DNA from: Paludibacter sp. | Lineage (GTDB): Bacteria > Bacteroidota > Bacteroidia > Bacteroidales > Paludibacteraceae | Length of the DNA stretch: 35,250 nt | Assembly: GCA_017989795.1 (NCBI GenBank) | Contig: JAGNPC010000001.1 | Span: 1-35,250, forward strand | Reading direction: 5' to 3' | In this document: positions 21,160 to 30,374 of the stretch, one piece after another | How positions within the stretch are numbered: position 1 is the stretch's first letter | How the letters are laid out: each line of letters starts with the position of its first letter | The notes under the pieces: model-generated | Told to the model about the DNA's origin: nothing | The model's database searches: none | The model's input: the letters and a program-made list of their open reading frames with translations, nothing else | Translations under genes and position numbers: made by a program

Positions 21160-21199
21160 TAATTTTTGAATCCTCATTTATCTGAGGATTCAAAAATTA
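21160..21199. repeat. Perfect 17-bp inverted repeat (stem-loop) after rpsK
   Basis: TAATTTTTGAATCCTCA-tttatc-TGAGGATTCAAAAATTA. Confidence 0.85.
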
Positions 21200-21202
21200 A
21201 AC

Positions 21203-21296
21203 GGTTGATTTTACCTTCAGGTATTTGATTTAGGATTGCAGTATCTAACCTCTCAGCAATCGCGGCTGTATCGGAGATTTGACCTGTAAAACAACC
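21203..21296 (+). promoter_or_regulatory. Structured S4 ribosomal leader upstream of rpsD (probably S4-Bacteroidia type)
   Basis: Outer stems GGTTG/CAACC, TTTTA/TAAAA and CAGGT/ACCTG. The inner CTCT-CAGC/GCTG-GGAG hairpin resembles 16S helix 18. Confidence 0.7.
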
Positions 21297-21324
21297 ATTT
21301 TATAAATAATTAATAAATTTCAAC

Positions 21325-21930
21325 ATGGCAAGATATATTGGACCAAAATCAAGAATTGCCCGTAAGTTTAGTGAAGCTATTTTCGGACCTGATAAAGTAT
21401 TAGCGAAGAAAAACTATCCACCTGGACAACACGGACAAAACCGTCGCAAAAAAACGTCGGAATATGGTATTCAGTTACGTGAAAAACAAAAAGCTAAATA
21501 CACTTATGGTGTTTTAGAAAAACAATTCCGTAATTTATACGAAAAAGCTCAACGTACCAAAGGTGTTACCGGTGAGGTATTATTACAGCTTTTAGAGTCT
21601 CGTCTCGACAATATCGTTTATCGTTTAGGTTTCGCACCAACACGTTCTGGAGCACGTCAGCTTGTAAGCCACAAACACATTACTGTTGATGGTAAAGTTG
21701 TAAACATTGCTTCTTATCATGTACGTGCCGGACAAGTTATAGCAGTACGCGAAAAAGATAAATCAATGGAAGTTATTGCAGCTTCGTTGAATGGTTTCAA
21801 CCATACAAAATATCCTTGGATTGAATTCAATGCAGCTTCTTTATCTGGTGTTTATCTTCACATTCCTGAACGCGAAGATATTCCTGAAAATATCAAAGAA
21901 CAATTAATCGTTGAGTTGTACTCTAAATAA
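21325..21930 (+). CDS. rpsD: 30S ribosomal protein S4
   Basis: [28 protein letters not shown] and IVELYSK motifs. Confidence 0.99.
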   Translation: MARYIGPKSRIARKFSEAIFGPDKVLAKKNYPPGQHGQNRRKKTSEYGIQLREKQKAKYTYGVLEKQFRNLYEKAQRTKGVTGEVLLQLLESRLDNIVYRLGFAPTRSGARQLVSHKHITVDGKVVNIASYHVRAGQVIAVREKDKSMEVIAASLNGFNHTKYPWIEFNAASLSGVYLHIPEREDIPENIKEQLIVELYSK

Positions 21931-21941
21931 TAAGTAAAACC

Positions 21942-22934
21942 ATGGCTATATTAGCATTTCAAAAACCTGAAAAGGTTATCATGTTGGAGGCTGACGCATT
22001 TCAGGGTAAGTTTGAATTTCGTCCTCTTGAACCGGGTTACGGTATTACTATTGGTAATGCTTTGCGCCGTATTTTGCTATCTTCATTAGAAGGGTATGCT
22101 ATCACTTCAATTAAAATAGCTGGTGTTGATCATGAGTATTCTACAGTGCCTGGTGTTATTGATGATGTTACTAATATTATCCTAAATCTAAAACAAGTAC
22201 GTTTTAAACAAATTGTTGAAGATGTAGATAGTGAAAAAGTTACCATTAATGTTTCTGGTGTAACTGAATTCAAGGCAGGAGATATCGGTAAGTATTTTTC
22301 AGGATTTGAAGTTTTAAATCCTGAGTTGATTATTTGTGAACTTGATGCAGCGGCAAATTTCCAAATCGATTTAGCAATTAGCAAAGGTCGTGGATATTCT
22401 CCTGCAGAAGAACACAAATCGGCTAATACCGAAGTAGGAATTATCCCAATTGATGCTATCTTTACACCAATACGTAATGTAAAATATAGTATCGAAAACT
22501 ATCGTGTAGAACAAGTTACAGATTACGAAAAACTTGTAATTGACATCACTACCGATGGATCAATACATCCAAAAGATGCTTTGAAAGAGGCTGCTAAAAT
22601 TCTGATTCATCACTTTATGCTTTTCAGCGATGAGAAAATCTCGTTGGAGGTAGTAGAAGGTGAGGAAAGCGATGAGTTTGATGAGGAAATATTACACATG
22701 CGTCAATTGTTTAAAACAAAATTAACAGATCTTGAACTTTCAGTGCGTGCACTTAATTGTTTGAAAGCTGCTGATGTTGAAACTTTAGGCGAATTGGCTA
22801 GTTTCCACAAACATGATTTACTGAAATTCCGTAATTTTGGTAAAAAATCGCTTACTGAATTGGATGAGAAATTAGAAAGCCTCAATCTATCTTTCGGTAT
22901 GGATCTTTCAAAGTATAAATTAGATAAAGAGTAA
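21942..22934 (+). CDS. rpoA: DNA-directed RNA polymerase subunit alpha
   Basis: [31 protein letters not shown] and NFGKKSL motifs. Confidence 0.99.
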   Translation: MAILAFQKPEKVIMLEADAFQGKFEFRPLEPGYGITIGNALRRILLSSLEGYAITSIKIAGVDHEYSTVPGVIDDVTNIILNLKQVRFKQIVEDVDSEKVTINVSGVTEFKAGDIGKYFSGFEVLNPELIICELDAAANFQIDLAISKGRGYSPAEEHKSANTEVGIIPIDAIFTPIRNVKYSIENYRVEQVTDYEKLVIDITTDGSIHPKDALKEAAKILIHHFMLFSDEKISLEVVEGEESDEFDEEILHMRQLFKTKLTDLELSVRALNCLKAADVETLGELASFHKHDLLKFRNFGKKSLTELDEKLESLNLSFGMDLSKYKLDKE

Positions 22935-22937
22935 AAA

Positions 22938-23420
22938 ATGAGACACAATAAAAAATTCAATCATTTAGGTCGTAAAACGGCTCATAGAAAGGCAATGTTG
23001 TCGAACATGGCTATTTCTCTTATCCAGCATAAGAGAATTGCTACCACACTTGCTAAAGCAAAAGCACTTAAATTATATGTTGAGCCTCTTTTGACTAAAG
23101 GTAAAGATGATACTACACACTCACGTCGTACTGTATTCTCTTATCTTCAGAATAAGGATGCCATTACAGAATTATTCCAAAATATTTCATTGAAAATTGC
23201 TAACCGTCCAGGTGGTTATACACGTATTCTTCGTACTGGTTTCCGTTTAGGAGATAACGCAGAAATGTGTATCATCGAATTAGTTGATTACAATGAAAAT
23301 ATGATGAAAGATAAAGCAACTAAAAAAGCTGCTCGCACACGTCGTTCATCGGTAGCTAAAAAAGCTGAAGCTGTTGTTGCTGAACCAGTAGCATCTGTTG
23401 AAGATAAAGTAGCTGAATAA
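22938..23420 (+). CDS. rplQ: 50S ribosomal protein L17
   Basis: MRHNKK and RPGGYTRI motifs, with an Ala/Glu/Lys C-terminal tail. Confidence 0.99.
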   Translation: MRHNKKFNHLGRKTAHRKAMLSNMAISLIQHKRIATTLAKAKALKLYVEPLLTKGKDDTTHSRRTVFSYLQNKDAITELFQNISLKIANRPGGYTRILRTGFRLGDNAEMCIIELVDYNENMMKDKATKKAARTRRSSVAKKAEAVVAEPVASVEDKVAE

Positions 23421-23439
23421 TTAGTATTATATATTTTTT

Positions 23440-23473
23440 AAAAAGCGAAATCCTTAAGGGTTTCGCTTTTTTT
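23440..23473 (+). terminator. Rho-independent terminator ending the ribosomal supercluster
   Basis: AAAAAGCGAAATCC-TTAA-GGGTTTCGCTTTTTTT. Confidence 0.9.
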
Positions 23474-23501
23474 GTGGTGTAGTTCATTTTTATTACATTT
23501 G
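23471..23501 (+). promoter_or_regulatory. Sigma-A promoter for the acyltransferase-xth unit
   Basis: -33 box TTTG at 23471-23474 and -7 box TACATTTG at 23494-23501. Confidence 0.7.
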
Positions 23502-23526
23502 CATACGATATAAATTTGTAGATGAT

Positions 23527-24342
23527 ATGAGTTCAAAAGATATTATAAAGATTGATGTAGAGGCTATTTTGAAGTCACGTGCATCGAAAACTAAAGTTCC
23601 AAAGTTTCTTGTAAATTATTTAAAAAAAATTGTTCACGAACAGGAATTTAATCAGTTTTTTCGTGATCATGCGGGGTTAACAAACCTCGATTTTGTTGAG
23701 GCTGCATTTAATTATTTAGCTATAACGCTAAAAATTGAAGGTAAAGAAAATTTACCTCCAATTGGTGGAAAGTACATATTTGCAAGCAACCATCCGTTAG
23801 GTGGTTTGGATGGTGTTGCTACAGGTTATGTTATTGGTAAGCACTATGAGGGAAAAATGCGTTTTTTTTCAAATGATTTGGTTACCTTTTTAACTCCAAT
23901 GCGCGACCTTTTTATTCCAATTAATAAATTTGGTGCTCAAAGCAAGAATGCTGCGGAGATGTTGCATGAGTTCTACATGTCAGATAATCAGCTTGTAACA
24001 TATCCTGCAGGTGTGTGTTCGCGTAAAACTAATGGCCGTGTATGTGATTTGACATGGAAAAAGAATTTTATTACGAAAGCTATTGAATACAAGCGAGATG
24101 TTGTACCTGTTTATTTTGAAGGGCAAAATTCAAAGTTCTTTTATAACCTTGCAAATTTGAGAAAATTCTTAGGTATTAAGTTTAATATAGAAATGATGTA
24201 TTTGCCTGATGAGATGTTTAAGCAAAAGAATAAAGAATTCGTTATCAAAATTGGTAAACCTATTCCATGGCAAACTTTTGATAAGTCAAAATCTCATGCT
24301 CAATGGGCCGAATGGGTTAAAGGTGTTGTTTATAGTCTCTAA
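23527..24342 (+). CDS. PlsC-superfamily (lysophospholipid or aminolipid) acyltransferase
   Basis: Catalytic NHPLGGLD (HX4D) motif, plus YPAG and VVPVYF blocks. Confidence 0.85.
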   Translation: MSSKDIIKIDVEAILKSRASKTKVPKFLVNYLKKIVHEQEFNQFFRDHAGLTNLDFVEAAFNYLAITLKIEGKENLPPIGGKYIFASNHPLGGLDGVATGYVIGKHYEGKMRFFSNDLVTFLTPMRDLFIPINKFGAQSKNAAEMLHEFYMSDNQLVTYPAGVCSRKTNGRVCDLTWKKNFITKAIEYKRDVVPVYFEGQNSKFFYNLANLRKFLGIKFNIEMMYLPDEMFKQKNKEFVIKIGKPIPWQTFDKSKSHAQWAEWVKGVVYSL

Positions 24343-24365
24343 TTTTTTTTAAACTACAATTTTAT

Positions 24366-25127
24366 ATGAAAGTTATTTCCTATAATGTAAATGGAATTCG
24401 TGCTGCATTAACCAAAGATTTTGAAGGTTGGTTGCGAGCTGAAAATCCAGACGTTTTGTGTTTGCAAGAAACCAAAGCGCAGCCAGAGCAGATAGATACC
24501 TTGTTGTTTGCTGAAATGGGCTATACTTCTTTTTTACATTCGGCCGAAAAAAAAGGTTATAGTGGGGTGGCTATTCTTACAAAAATTTCTCCTGATAATG
24601 TGGTTGTTGGTATGGGAAACCAACGTTATGATGCTGAAGGGCGCGTTATTCGGGCTGATTTTGGCGATCTTTCAATAATTAGTGTGTACATTCCATCAGG
24701 CTCATCTGGCGATGAACGACAAACTTTTAAAATGGATTTTCTAGAGGCCTTTTTACCATTTATTCAAGAATTACTTAAAACACGTCCGAATTTAATTGTT
24801 AGTGGCGATTACAACATCTGTCATAAACCTATTGATATTAATCATCCAGAACGTCAAAATGGTGTATCAGGTTTTTTACCTGAAGAACGTGAATGGTTAG
24901 ATAGGTTTGAATCAATTGGCATGGTTGATTCGTTTCGCGTATTTGACCAATCGGCCGAAAAATACAGTTGGTGGAGTTATCGTGGTGGGGCTCGTTTTCG
25001 AAATGCCGGATGGCGTATTGATTATCATTGGGTTAGCGAACCTTTGCGTTCAAGATTAAATTCAGCTTCTATCTTGTCTGATATTGTTCACTCCGATCAT
25101 TGTCCTGTGTTAGTTGAACTGTCTTAA
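24366..25127 (+). CDS. xth: Exodeoxyribonuclease III (AP endonuclease)
   Basis: SYNVNGIRA, LCLQETK, GYSGVA, GDYN, GWRIDY and SDHCP motifs. Confidence 0.97.
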   Translation: MKVISYNVNGIRAALTKDFEGWLRAENPDVLCLQETKAQPEQIDTLLFAEMGYTSFLHSAEKKGYSGVAILTKISPDNVVVGMGNQRYDAEGRVIRADFGDLSIISVYIPSGSSGDERQTFKMDFLEAFLPFIQELLKTRPNLIVSGDYNICHKPIDINHPERQNGVSGFLPEEREWLDRFESIGMVDSFRVFDQSAEKYSWWSYRGGARFRNAGWRIDYHWVSEPLRSRLNSASILSDIVHSDHCPVLVELS

Positions 25128-25227
25128 GGTTTTGTAATCAAGTGTTTTAAAATGGGTTATTGGTTAATTTAAAGATTAAAAAACAATAAATCTTAATCCA
25201 TCTGATTAGTGCACTGTGATTTGTTTT

Positions 25228-25235
25228 TAACTTTG
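25228..25235 (+). promoter_or_regulatory. Possible sigma-A -7 box for the lipoprotein gene
   Basis: TAACTTTG about 32 nt upstream of the ATG. Confidence 0.5.
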
Positions 25236-25267
25236 TATGCTTATTTACCAAAATAGAAATATAATTC

Positions 25268-26659
25268 ATGAAGTCTAGATTTTATCAAATCGTTTGTATA
25301 GCTATAAGTGTAGTTTTGTTTACAGCATGTAATATGCTTGATTCTAATGAAGTAGAATTATCAACGGATTCACGTTTCGTTTCACTAACTTTCAAGAATG
25401 CAAATGCAGCTGATAAGAATGTTCAAACGGCTACTTTTAAAATTGTAAAAGATGATAATAGTTCTGATTCAATAATTGTAAGTGTCGATTCTTTGCCCTA
25501 TAACACTGCCATCGATAGTGTTATTCCAACCTTTCGGTTTGTAAGTACTAATCGCGTTTTAGTTTTTCGAAATGATGAAAATGGTGTTCTTAAAGATTCA
25601 ATCTATTTAACAGGTAAAGATACTCTCGATTTTCGTCGTGTTTTTAAGATTAAAAATTATGCATCTGATGGCATAAAGTCTTCTATATATCGAATCAAAG
25701 TGCTTGTGCATTCTCTTGAACCTGAGTTGTTGCAGTGGAGACGCTTAAATTCTTCGATAAATGACGATTTGGGTTTAGATAAAAAAGCAATCTATTTTAA
25801 CAACGAGATTTTTCTTTTTTCTAATTCAGGTCAGGGTGTTTCGTTAACTAAATCAACAGATGGAGTGGCATGGACGTCATTAATTGGTGTGTCAGGACTT
25901 CCTTCAAATGTATTATTGCATAATATGGTTGTTTTCAACAACGCCATTTATTATGTTCATACTGATAACTCAATTTTCAAGAGTACTAACGGAGTTGAAT
26001 GGACAAAGACATCGACCCAAAGTTATCCTTTTGAATTTAAAAATCTCTTATTTGTATTCAAATCAAAAATTTGGGTTATTGTTAAATCTGATTTAAAATA
26101 CAGATTTGCAACTAGTATAGATGGTGTTGAGTGGAATGTTGAACAATCGATAGTTTTAGATTCAAATTTCCCTATCTCTGGTTTTGCTGCTTTATCGTTT
26201 AAATCGCGCACTAATCAAGATAGAGTTATTGTCGCAGGTGGATATAACAGTAATGGCGAGCTTTTAAATAAAGTGTGGTCGTCGAGTGATGGTTTATATT
26301 GGGTGGATTTTTCATCTGAAAATACAACTTTTGGTCAACGTACGGGTGTATCACTAATTCATTACGAAGATAAATTATTGTGTTTTGGTGGTGCAGATCA
26401 ATTCGGGAATCAGTGGCCTAATATGTTTTTGCAATCTAAAGATGAAGGATTGAGTTGGAAGTCAGCTGATTCGTTGATGTGGGTGCGTGAAAAGTTAACT
26501 GATGGTACGTATCGTAAATATGAACGCAGATACAATCAAAACGTAATTGTGGATAAGGATAAATATATTTACTTGATTGGTGGACGAGATTCTGCTAATA
26601 ATTATTTTAAAGATGTTTGGAGAGGTCGACTTAATAAATCGGTTTTTCTGATAAAATAA
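25268..26659 (+). CDS. Lipoprotein with a C-terminal Kelch/BNR-like beta-propeller (DUF6242-like)
   Basis: Lipobox LFTA-C21 followed by acidic residues. Repeated S-x-D/N-G-x-x-W Asp-boxes and GG...W Kelch-like blades. Confidence 0.75.
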   Translation: MKSRFYQIVCIAISVVLFTACNMLDSNEVELSTDSRFVSLTFKNANAADKNVQTATFKIVKDDNSSDSIIVSVDSLPYNTAIDSVIPTFRFVSTNRVLVFRNDENGVLKDSIYLTGKDTLDFRRVFKIKNYASDGIKSSIYRIKVLVHSLEPELLQWRRLNSSINDDLGLDKKAIYFNNEIFLFSNSGQGVSLTKSTDGVAWTSLIGVSGLPSNVLLHNMVVFNNAIYYVHTDNSIFKSTNGVEWTKTSTQSYPFEFKNLLFVFKSKIWVIVKSDLKYRFATSIDGVEWNVEQSIVLDSNFPISGFAALSFKSRTNQDRVIVAGGYNSNGELLNKVWSSSDGLYWVDFSSENTTFGQRTGVSLIHYEDKLLCFGGADQFGNQWPNMFLQSKDEGLSWKSADSLMWVREKLTDGTYRKYERRYNQNVIVDKDKYIYLIGGRDSANNYFKDVWRGRLNKSVFLIK

Positions 26660-26675
26660 ATATTATTTTTTATTC

Positions 26676-26714
26676 AAAAAAGGATCGTTGCAATTGATGT
26701 AACGATCCTTTTTG
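26676..26714 (+). terminator. Rho-independent terminator
   Basis: AAAAAAGGATCGTTGCA-attga-TGTAACGATCCTTTTT. Confidence 0.88.
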
Positions 26715-26765
26715 GATTAAGTCAATCGCTTTAATAATGCTATTGTTCAATTGCAAAAAATGTCG

Positions 26766-26773
26766 TATCTTTG
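26766..26773 (+). promoter_or_regulatory. Sigma-A promoter -7 box for rplY
   Basis: TATCTTTG in the context CGTATCTTTGC, the same as at the rpsL promoter. Confidence 0.8.
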
Positions 26774-26795
26774 CGCCACTTTTTTGTAAAAGAAA

Positions 26796-26857
26796 GTGTG
26801 ATGGGAAATTAAGCAACTAATCACTTAATATCGAAATGCTTAAATTTTGAGTAACAC
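26796..26857 (+). promoter_or_regulatory. Candidate L25-binding leader mimicking 5S rRNA loop E
   Basis: GTGT-GATGG-GAAATTAAGCA ... TGCTTAAATTTT-GAGTA-ACAC forms a symmetric GAUGG/GAGUA internal loop flanked by helices. Confidence 0.6.
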
Positions 26858-26871
26858 AAAAAAAATTAAAA

Positions 26872-27456
26872 ATGAAATCATTTGAATTAAAAGGAACTGT
26901 AAGAACAGGTCTTGGAAAAAAAGCTACGAAAGCTGAACGTGCTGTTGATAGTGTACCATGTGTACTTTACGGTGTAAGCGACAATGTTCACTTTTCGACA
27001 ACTAACAGCGACTTGCGTAAGTTGATTTACTCGCCAGAGGTGTTTGTAGTAGATCTTAGTGTTGATGGTAAAACTTGTAAAGCTGTAATGAAAGCATTGC
27101 AATTTCATCCAGTAACTGATAAAGTTTTGCATATCGACTTTTTAGAAGTAACTGAAACGAAGCCTGTAGTTGTTGAGATTCCAGTTAAATTAGAAGGTTT
27201 GGCCGAAGGTGTTAAAGCCGGGGGTAAATTAGCGCTCGAAATGCGTAAACTAAAAGTAAAAGGATTGTATACGCAAATTCCTGAAAACATTGTAATTGAT
27301 GTTACGCCACTTGGTTTAGGTAAAACAGTTCAGGTTGCTGCCGTTTCGGTTGAAAATCTTGAAGTTTTAAATGCTAAAAACGCTGTTGTTTGTCAGGTTA
27401 AATTGACAAGAGCTGCTCGTGGTGCTGCTGCCGCAGCTGCTGCAGGTAAAAAATAA
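26872..27456 (+). CDS. rplY: 50S ribosomal protein L25 / general stress protein Ctc
   Basis: VPCVLYG, QFHPVTDKVLHIDF and GVKAGG motifs. Confidence 0.98.
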   Translation: MKSFELKGTVRTGLGKKATKAERAVDSVPCVLYGVSDNVHFSTTNSDLRKLIYSPEVFVVDLSVDGKTCKAVMKALQFHPVTDKVLHIDFLEVTETKPVVVEIPVKLEGLAEGVKAGGKLALEMRKLKVKGLYTQIPENIVIDVTPLGLGKTVQVAAVSVENLEVLNAKNAVVCQVKLTRAARGAAAAAAAGKK

Positions 27457-27463
27457 TTTTAAT

Positions 27464-27504
27464 TGCTAGAACAGACTACATACGGTAGTCAGTTCTAGCA
27501 TTTT
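27464..27504 (+). terminator. Stem-loop, possibly a partial terminator, after rplY
   Basis: TGCTAGAAC-a-GACTAC-atacg-GTAGTC-a-GTTCTAGCA followed by TTTT. Confidence 0.65.
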
Positions 27505-27581
27505 AATTTTAAAATTACAAAAAGATGAAACGAGCTCTTCAAATAAACTTTGACACACAAGGAAATGTTTATTGCGAGTTC

Positions 27582-27602
27582 TCCCGCCAAAGCGGGACAA
27601 GC
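27582..27602. repeat. Short GC-rich REP-like palindrome
   Basis: TCCCGC-CAAA-GCGGGA-CAAGC in an AT-rich intergenic region. Confidence 0.45.
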
Positions 27603-27633
27603 TATGTGACTAATAAAAATCAATTATAAACAC

Positions 27634-28197
27634 ATGAAATACTTAATTGCAGGTTTGGGTAATATTGGTAATGAATACCATAATACTCGCCACAATATAG
27701 GATTTAGGATATTGGACGCTTTTGCCGAAGCGTCCAATGTTTTTTTTGCAGATAACCGTTATGGTGCTACAGCCGAAGTTAAGGTTAAAGGTCGTACTTT
27801 GATTTTGCTAAAACCTTCCACGTTTATGAACTTAAGTGGTAACGCACTTCGATATTGGATGCAAAAAGAAAATATACCTGTTGAAAATGTGCTGGTTGTA
27901 GTCGACGATTTGGCTTTGCCTTTTGGCACACTGCGTTTAAAACCTAAAGGTTCGGATGCTGGTCATAATGGATTGAAAAACATACAGGAGGTGTTGGGGC
28001 ACTCAGATTATGCTCGTTTACGTTTTGGTGTAGGAAGCAATTTTGCTAAAGGCAGACAAGTGGAGTATGTTTTGGGTAAGTGGAGTGATGAAGAATCGTT
28101 AAAACTTGGTGAACGTGCCGAAAAATGTGCTGAGATTATTAAGAGCTTCTGTTTAGCTGGTATGCAGCTTACAATGACGCAGTTTAATGGGAAGTGA
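27634..28197 (+). CDS. pth: Peptidyl-tRNA hydrolase
   Basis: [29 protein letters not shown] and RLRFGVG motifs. Confidence 0.98.
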   Translation: MKYLIAGLGNIGNEYHNTRHNIGFRILDAFAEASNVFFADNRYGATAEVKVKGRTLILLKPSTFMNLSGNALRYWMQKENIPVENVLVVVDDLALPFGTLRLKPKGSDAGHNGLKNIQEVLGHSDYARLRFGVGSNFAKGRQVEYVLGKWSDEESLKLGERAEKCAEIIKSFCLAGMQLTMTQFNGK

Positions 28198-28200
28198 TTT

Positions 28201-28629
28201 ATGAAAACAGAGGTTCGTATTGATAAATGGCTTTGGGCAGTTCGCTTGTTTAAAACTCGCTCACTCGCTTCTGAAGCATGTAAGAAGGGTAAAGTGCTGA
28301 TTCAAAATGTACAGGTGAAGCCTTCGCGAAATGTTCGTGTGGGCGATGTGATTGGAATAAAGCGTAATCCTGTGTTGTTTTCCTTTAAAGTGTTAGCTTT
28401 GTCCGAGAATAGAATGAATGCAAAGCTCGTTTCAGGTTTTATGGATAATGTGACGACAACTGATCAGCTTGAGCTTGCTGAGCTTGCCCGACTAGCAGCA
28501 CAAAATGGTCGTGATAGAGGTGCTGGTAGACCAACTAAAAAGGACAGACGTGATATAGATGAATTTTTTGAGCCAGTTTTTATGGATGAGGATGGTGACT
28601 GGGATTTTGAAGATAAAGAGGTGGTTTAA
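28201..28629 (+). CDS. hslR: S4-domain RNA-binding protein, Hsp15/HslR family
   Basis: RIDKWLWAVRLFKTRSLA and GRPTKKDRR motifs. Confidence 0.92.
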   Translation: MKTEVRIDKWLWAVRLFKTRSLASEACKKGKVLIQNVQVKPSRNVRVGDVIGIKRNPVLFSFKVLALSENRMNAKLVSGFMDNVTTTDQLELAELARLAAQNGRDRGAGRPTKKDRRDIDEFFEPVFMDEDGDWDFEDKEVV

Positions 28630-28667
28630 TGATTGTTTTGCGAATAACATTTTAATAAAAATGAAAT

Positions 28668-29216
28668 ATGTTTATAGCTAGTAGATTAAAAAAGGAGAAT
28701 ATTTGTGAATATCTGCTTTATATGTGGCAGGTTGAGGATATTATTCGTGCCTTTGGTTTGGATATTGAAAAGATAAATCAGGCAATTATTACAGCTTATC
28801 CGGTAACTGAGGAGGTTGATCGCAAAACGATGTACGAATGGTATGAAAGTTTAATTGAAATGATGCGCTTAGAGAATGTACAAGAAAGTGGTCATTTGCA
28901 ATTGAATAAAAATATAATTATTGATTTGGTTGATTTTCATGAACTTGTGATTAAATCGGGCCAAGTGCCAGCTTATAATGCCAAATTTTTTCATGTGTTG
29001 CCATTCATAAATCAATTTCGCACGAAATCGGAAGCTGGTTTATCTGACATAGAATTATGTTTCAATTTTATGTATGGTATTATGGTTCTTCGAATGAAAA
29101 AAATCGAAATCAAGCCAGAGACAAATCAAACATTAACTGAAATCAGCAAATTTCTTGTTTTACTTGCTAAAAATTATCAGTTGTATAAAAATGGAGAACT
29201 TGATTTGGAATCGTAA
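28668..29216 (+). CDS. Conserved Bacteroidetes hypothetical protein (DUF4924-like)
   Basis: The N-terminal ENICEYLLYMWQVEDIIRA block resembles this family (recognised from memory, not searched). Confidence 0.7.
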   Translation: MFIASRLKKENICEYLLYMWQVEDIIRAFGLDIEKINQAIITAYPVTEEVDRKTMYEWYESLIEMMRLENVQESGHLQLNKNIIIDLVDFHELVIKSGQVPAYNAKFFHVLPFINQFRTKSEAGLSDIELCFNFMYGIMVLRMKKIEIKPETNQTLTEISKFLVLLAKNYQLYKNGELDLES

Positions 29217-29464
29217 TCAGTGAGATGCGTAATTTTAAGAAAAAAGTTGTATTTTTGACTGAAATTTGAACTTTTTATTTCTTTTTTGAATTGATTAATT
29301 GTCATTTCTTATTTCCATAGTTTTCGGACTTGTATTAAGTACATTTTTAAACAAACACATAATAATATGAAACGTCCATATTTGCATAATTATTAGTATA
29401 AAATATAATGATTATTTAAATAAGGTTAGTTCCATCTGACAACTAAAAAACAAATTATAAACAG

Positions 29465-30337
29465 ATGAAAGGAATTGTATTAGCTGGAGGTTCTGGCACG
29501 CGTTTATACCCTATCACTAAAAGTATTTCGAAGCAAATTATTCCAGTTTATGATAAGCCGATGATTTATTATCCCTTATCGGTTCTTATGTTGGCTGGCA
29601 TACGTGAGATTTTAATTATTTCTACTCCGCACGATATTCATTTATACGAAAACTTGCTAGGTGACGGCAAAGAATTAGGTATGCGTCTGGAGTATGCCGT
29701 ACAACCATCGCCAGATGGGTTGGCGCAAGCGTTTATTATTGGTGAAGAGTTTATTGGTGATGATAGCGTTTGTATGGTTCTTGGCGATAATATATTTTAT
29801 GGTTTCGACTTTTCGCGTACATTGCGTGAAGCTGCTGAACTGAAAGATGGTGCTATGGTGTTTGGGTATTATGTGAAGGATCCTGAACGATATGGTGTAG
29901 CCGAGTTTGATACCGATGGTAAAGTGTTGAGTTTAGAAGAAAAACCGTTAGAACCAAAATCTAATTATGCAGTAACGGGTTTGTATTTTTATGGCAACGA
30001 TGTCGTATCTAAATCGAAAAACTTAAAACCGTCAAAACGTGGTGAGTTGGAAATTACCGATTTGAATAGATTATATCTCGAAGAAGGGCGTTTGAAAATG
30101 AGTATCATGGGACGTGGTATGGCTTGGCTTGATACTGGTACGCATGATAGCTTGCTCGAAGCTTCAAATTTCATTTCTACCATCGAAAACCGTCAAGGTT
30201 TGAAGGTTGCTTGTATCGAGGAAATTGCTTATAGGAATGGCTATATTACGAAGGAGCAATTGCTTCAACTTGCAGAGCCTTTGAAGAAAAATTATTATGG
30301 CGAATATCTAATCAAGATATCGAATGAAATCATTTGA
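29465..30337 (+). CDS. rfbA: Glucose-1-phosphate thymidylyltransferase
   Basis: [33 protein letters not shown] and WLDTGT motifs. Confidence 0.98.
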   Translation: MKGIVLAGGSGTRLYPITKSISKQIIPVYDKPMIYYPLSVLMLAGIREILIISTPHDIHLYENLLGDGKELGMRLEYAVQPSPDGLAQAFIIGEEFIGDDSVCMVLGDNIFYGFDFSRTLREAAELKDGAMVFGYYVKDPERYGVAEFDTDGKVLSLEEKPLEPKSNYAVTGLYFYGNDVVSKSKNLKPSKRGELEITDLNRLYLEEGRLKMSIMGRGMAWLDTGTHDSLLEASNFISTIENRQGLKVACIEEIAYRNGYITKEQLLQLAEPLKKNYYGEYLIKISNEII

Positions 30338-30374
30338 TTTGATGTTATAATTTTAGAATATAATTATATTTTTA

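Noticed and set aside
29217-29464. Possible sRNA or ops-type antitermination element upstream of rfbA
   Set aside because: The region is very AT-rich, with only a possible TATTTTTG -7 box (29250-29257) and no convincing structure or motif.
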